A stretch of 64,000 nt of DNA, from contig CBDCRP010000003.1 in assembly GCA_965221165.1 (NCBI GenBank), positions 832,001-896,000 of the forward strand. The letters are read 5' to 3'. The stretch is from a bacterium. Its GTDB lineage: Bacteria; UBA8248. The position numbers were made by a program, and so were the translations under genes. Positions 63,058-64,000 of this stretch are shown here, in pieces (position 1 is the stretch's first letter; every line of letters starts with the position of its first letter). The notes under the pieces were generated by a model. It saw nothing but the letters and a program-made list of their open reading frames with translations, made no database searches and had not been told where the DNA came from.

Positions 63058-64000
63058 ATGGACTGCAACTGCTGGTTCCAATGTATCAATCCTGAATGCG
63101 AAGCAACCTATTCCATTTTCGATTCCGTCTATCAGTGCCGCGAATGCGAGAGTCTTCTGGAAGTCACGCACGATCTGGAAACCCTGCGAATGCGAAGCGC
63201 GTCGGAGTGGCGCCATTTGTTCGACGACCGCTACCAGCGCAACATATGGCCGTATGGCAGTGGTGTGTGGGGCAAAAAAGAGTGGGTTTGCCCGTTGATA
63301 AATGATGAAAACATCATCTCGTTCTACGAAGGCGGGACGAACCTTTTCTGGGCCAACCGTTTGGGCCGGGAACTCGGAATCGGTGAGTTGTGGATCAAGC
63401 AATGCGGGAACAGCCACACGGGCTCTTTCAAGGATCTGGGCATGACGGTGCTCGTATCCGCCGCCCAGCAAATGATGTCCGACGGGAAAAAACTTCGCGC
63501 CGTCGCTTGCGCATCGACGGGCGATACTTCCGCCGCACTGGCTGCGTATGCAGCAGCGGCCGATATTCCTTCTATCGTTTTCCTGCCGCGAGAAAAAGTA
63601 TCGGTGGCGCAACTCATTCAGCCTATCGCGAACGGCGCCATAGTGCTCGCCATCGATACGGATTTTGATGGCTGTATGCGCATCGTGAAACAGGTGTGCG
63701 AGGAACAAGGCATATATCTCGCCAACAGCATGAATTCACTGCGAATCGAAGGTCAAAAAACCATCAGCATAGAACTCGTTCAGCAATTCAACTGGGAGGT
63801 TCCCGATTTAATCATCATCCCTGGAGGAAACCTGGGAAACGTAAGCGCGCTGGGCAAAGGTTTCATGCAGATGCGCGACCTGGGGCTTATCGACAAGCAG
63901 CCTCGCATCGTTTGCGCTCAGACGGAAAAGGCCAATCCCTTGTATAGAAGTTTTATGACCGATTTCCGGGAATTTCACCCCATAGCCGCCGAACCAACGC
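63058..64000 (+). CDS. thrC: Threonine synthase (runs off the window end; absent from the ORF track)
   Basis: Manual translation MDCNCWFQC..., [40 protein letters not shown] and PGGNLGN motifs. Confidence 0.92.
   Translation, partial: MDCNCWFQCINPECEATYSIFDSVYQCRECESLLEVTHDLETLRMRSASEWRHLFDDRYQRNIWPYGSGVWGKKEWVCPLINDENIISFYEGGTNLFWANRLGRELGIGELWIKQCGNSHTGSFKDLGMTVLVSAAQQMMSDGKKLRAVACASTGDTSAALAAYAAAADIPSIVFLPREKVSVAQLIQPIANGAIVLAIDTDFDGCMRIVKQVCEEQGIYLANSMNSLRIEGQKTISIELVQQFNWEVPDLIIIPGGNLGNVSALGKGFMQMRDLGLIDKQPRIVCAQTEKANPLYRSFMTDFREFHPIAAEPT

Noticed and set aside
62560-63708. 382-aa minus-strand ORF near the window end
   Set aside because: Antisense to the MFS gene and to thrC, which is clearly encoded on the plus strand

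Overview
A GC-rich bacterial chromosome segment made mostly of housekeeping genes on the minus strand. These include ffh-rpsP-rimM-trmD-SPOUT methylase-rplS, def-fmt-rsmB-PASTA-rpe, pgpA-cinA/pncC-thpR-recA, rpsB-tsf-pyrH-frr-uppS-cdsA-dxr, rplM-rpsI-argC-argJ, dnaE-lipB-exbBD, guaB-guaA and mutL; coaX, mazG, recD2 and a truncated thrC are on the plus strand. Gene order suggests a deep-branching Gram-negative lineage (Nitrospinota- or Desulfobacterota-like; inference only). Small accessory insertions sit between the core blocks: an alpha/beta hydrolase with a TbpB-like barrel remnant and an AT-rich YHYH/nuclease-like gene, an orphan DctP, vapBC, an AT-rich polysaccharide-lyase-like lipoprotein, a 1619-aa adhesin autotransporter with a highly structured leader, and a zeta-toxin-like pair plus a thermonuclease homologue lacking most catalytic residues, both between REP-like palindromes. 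The least explained element is at about 51.0-52.65 kb. There, two paralogous promoter+RBS+~70-aa membrane-peptide cassettes, sharing an identical 21-bp operator-like sequence, flank a lower-GC 229-aa gene of unknown function. I recognised no rRNA, tRNA, CRISPR array, integrase or transposase.
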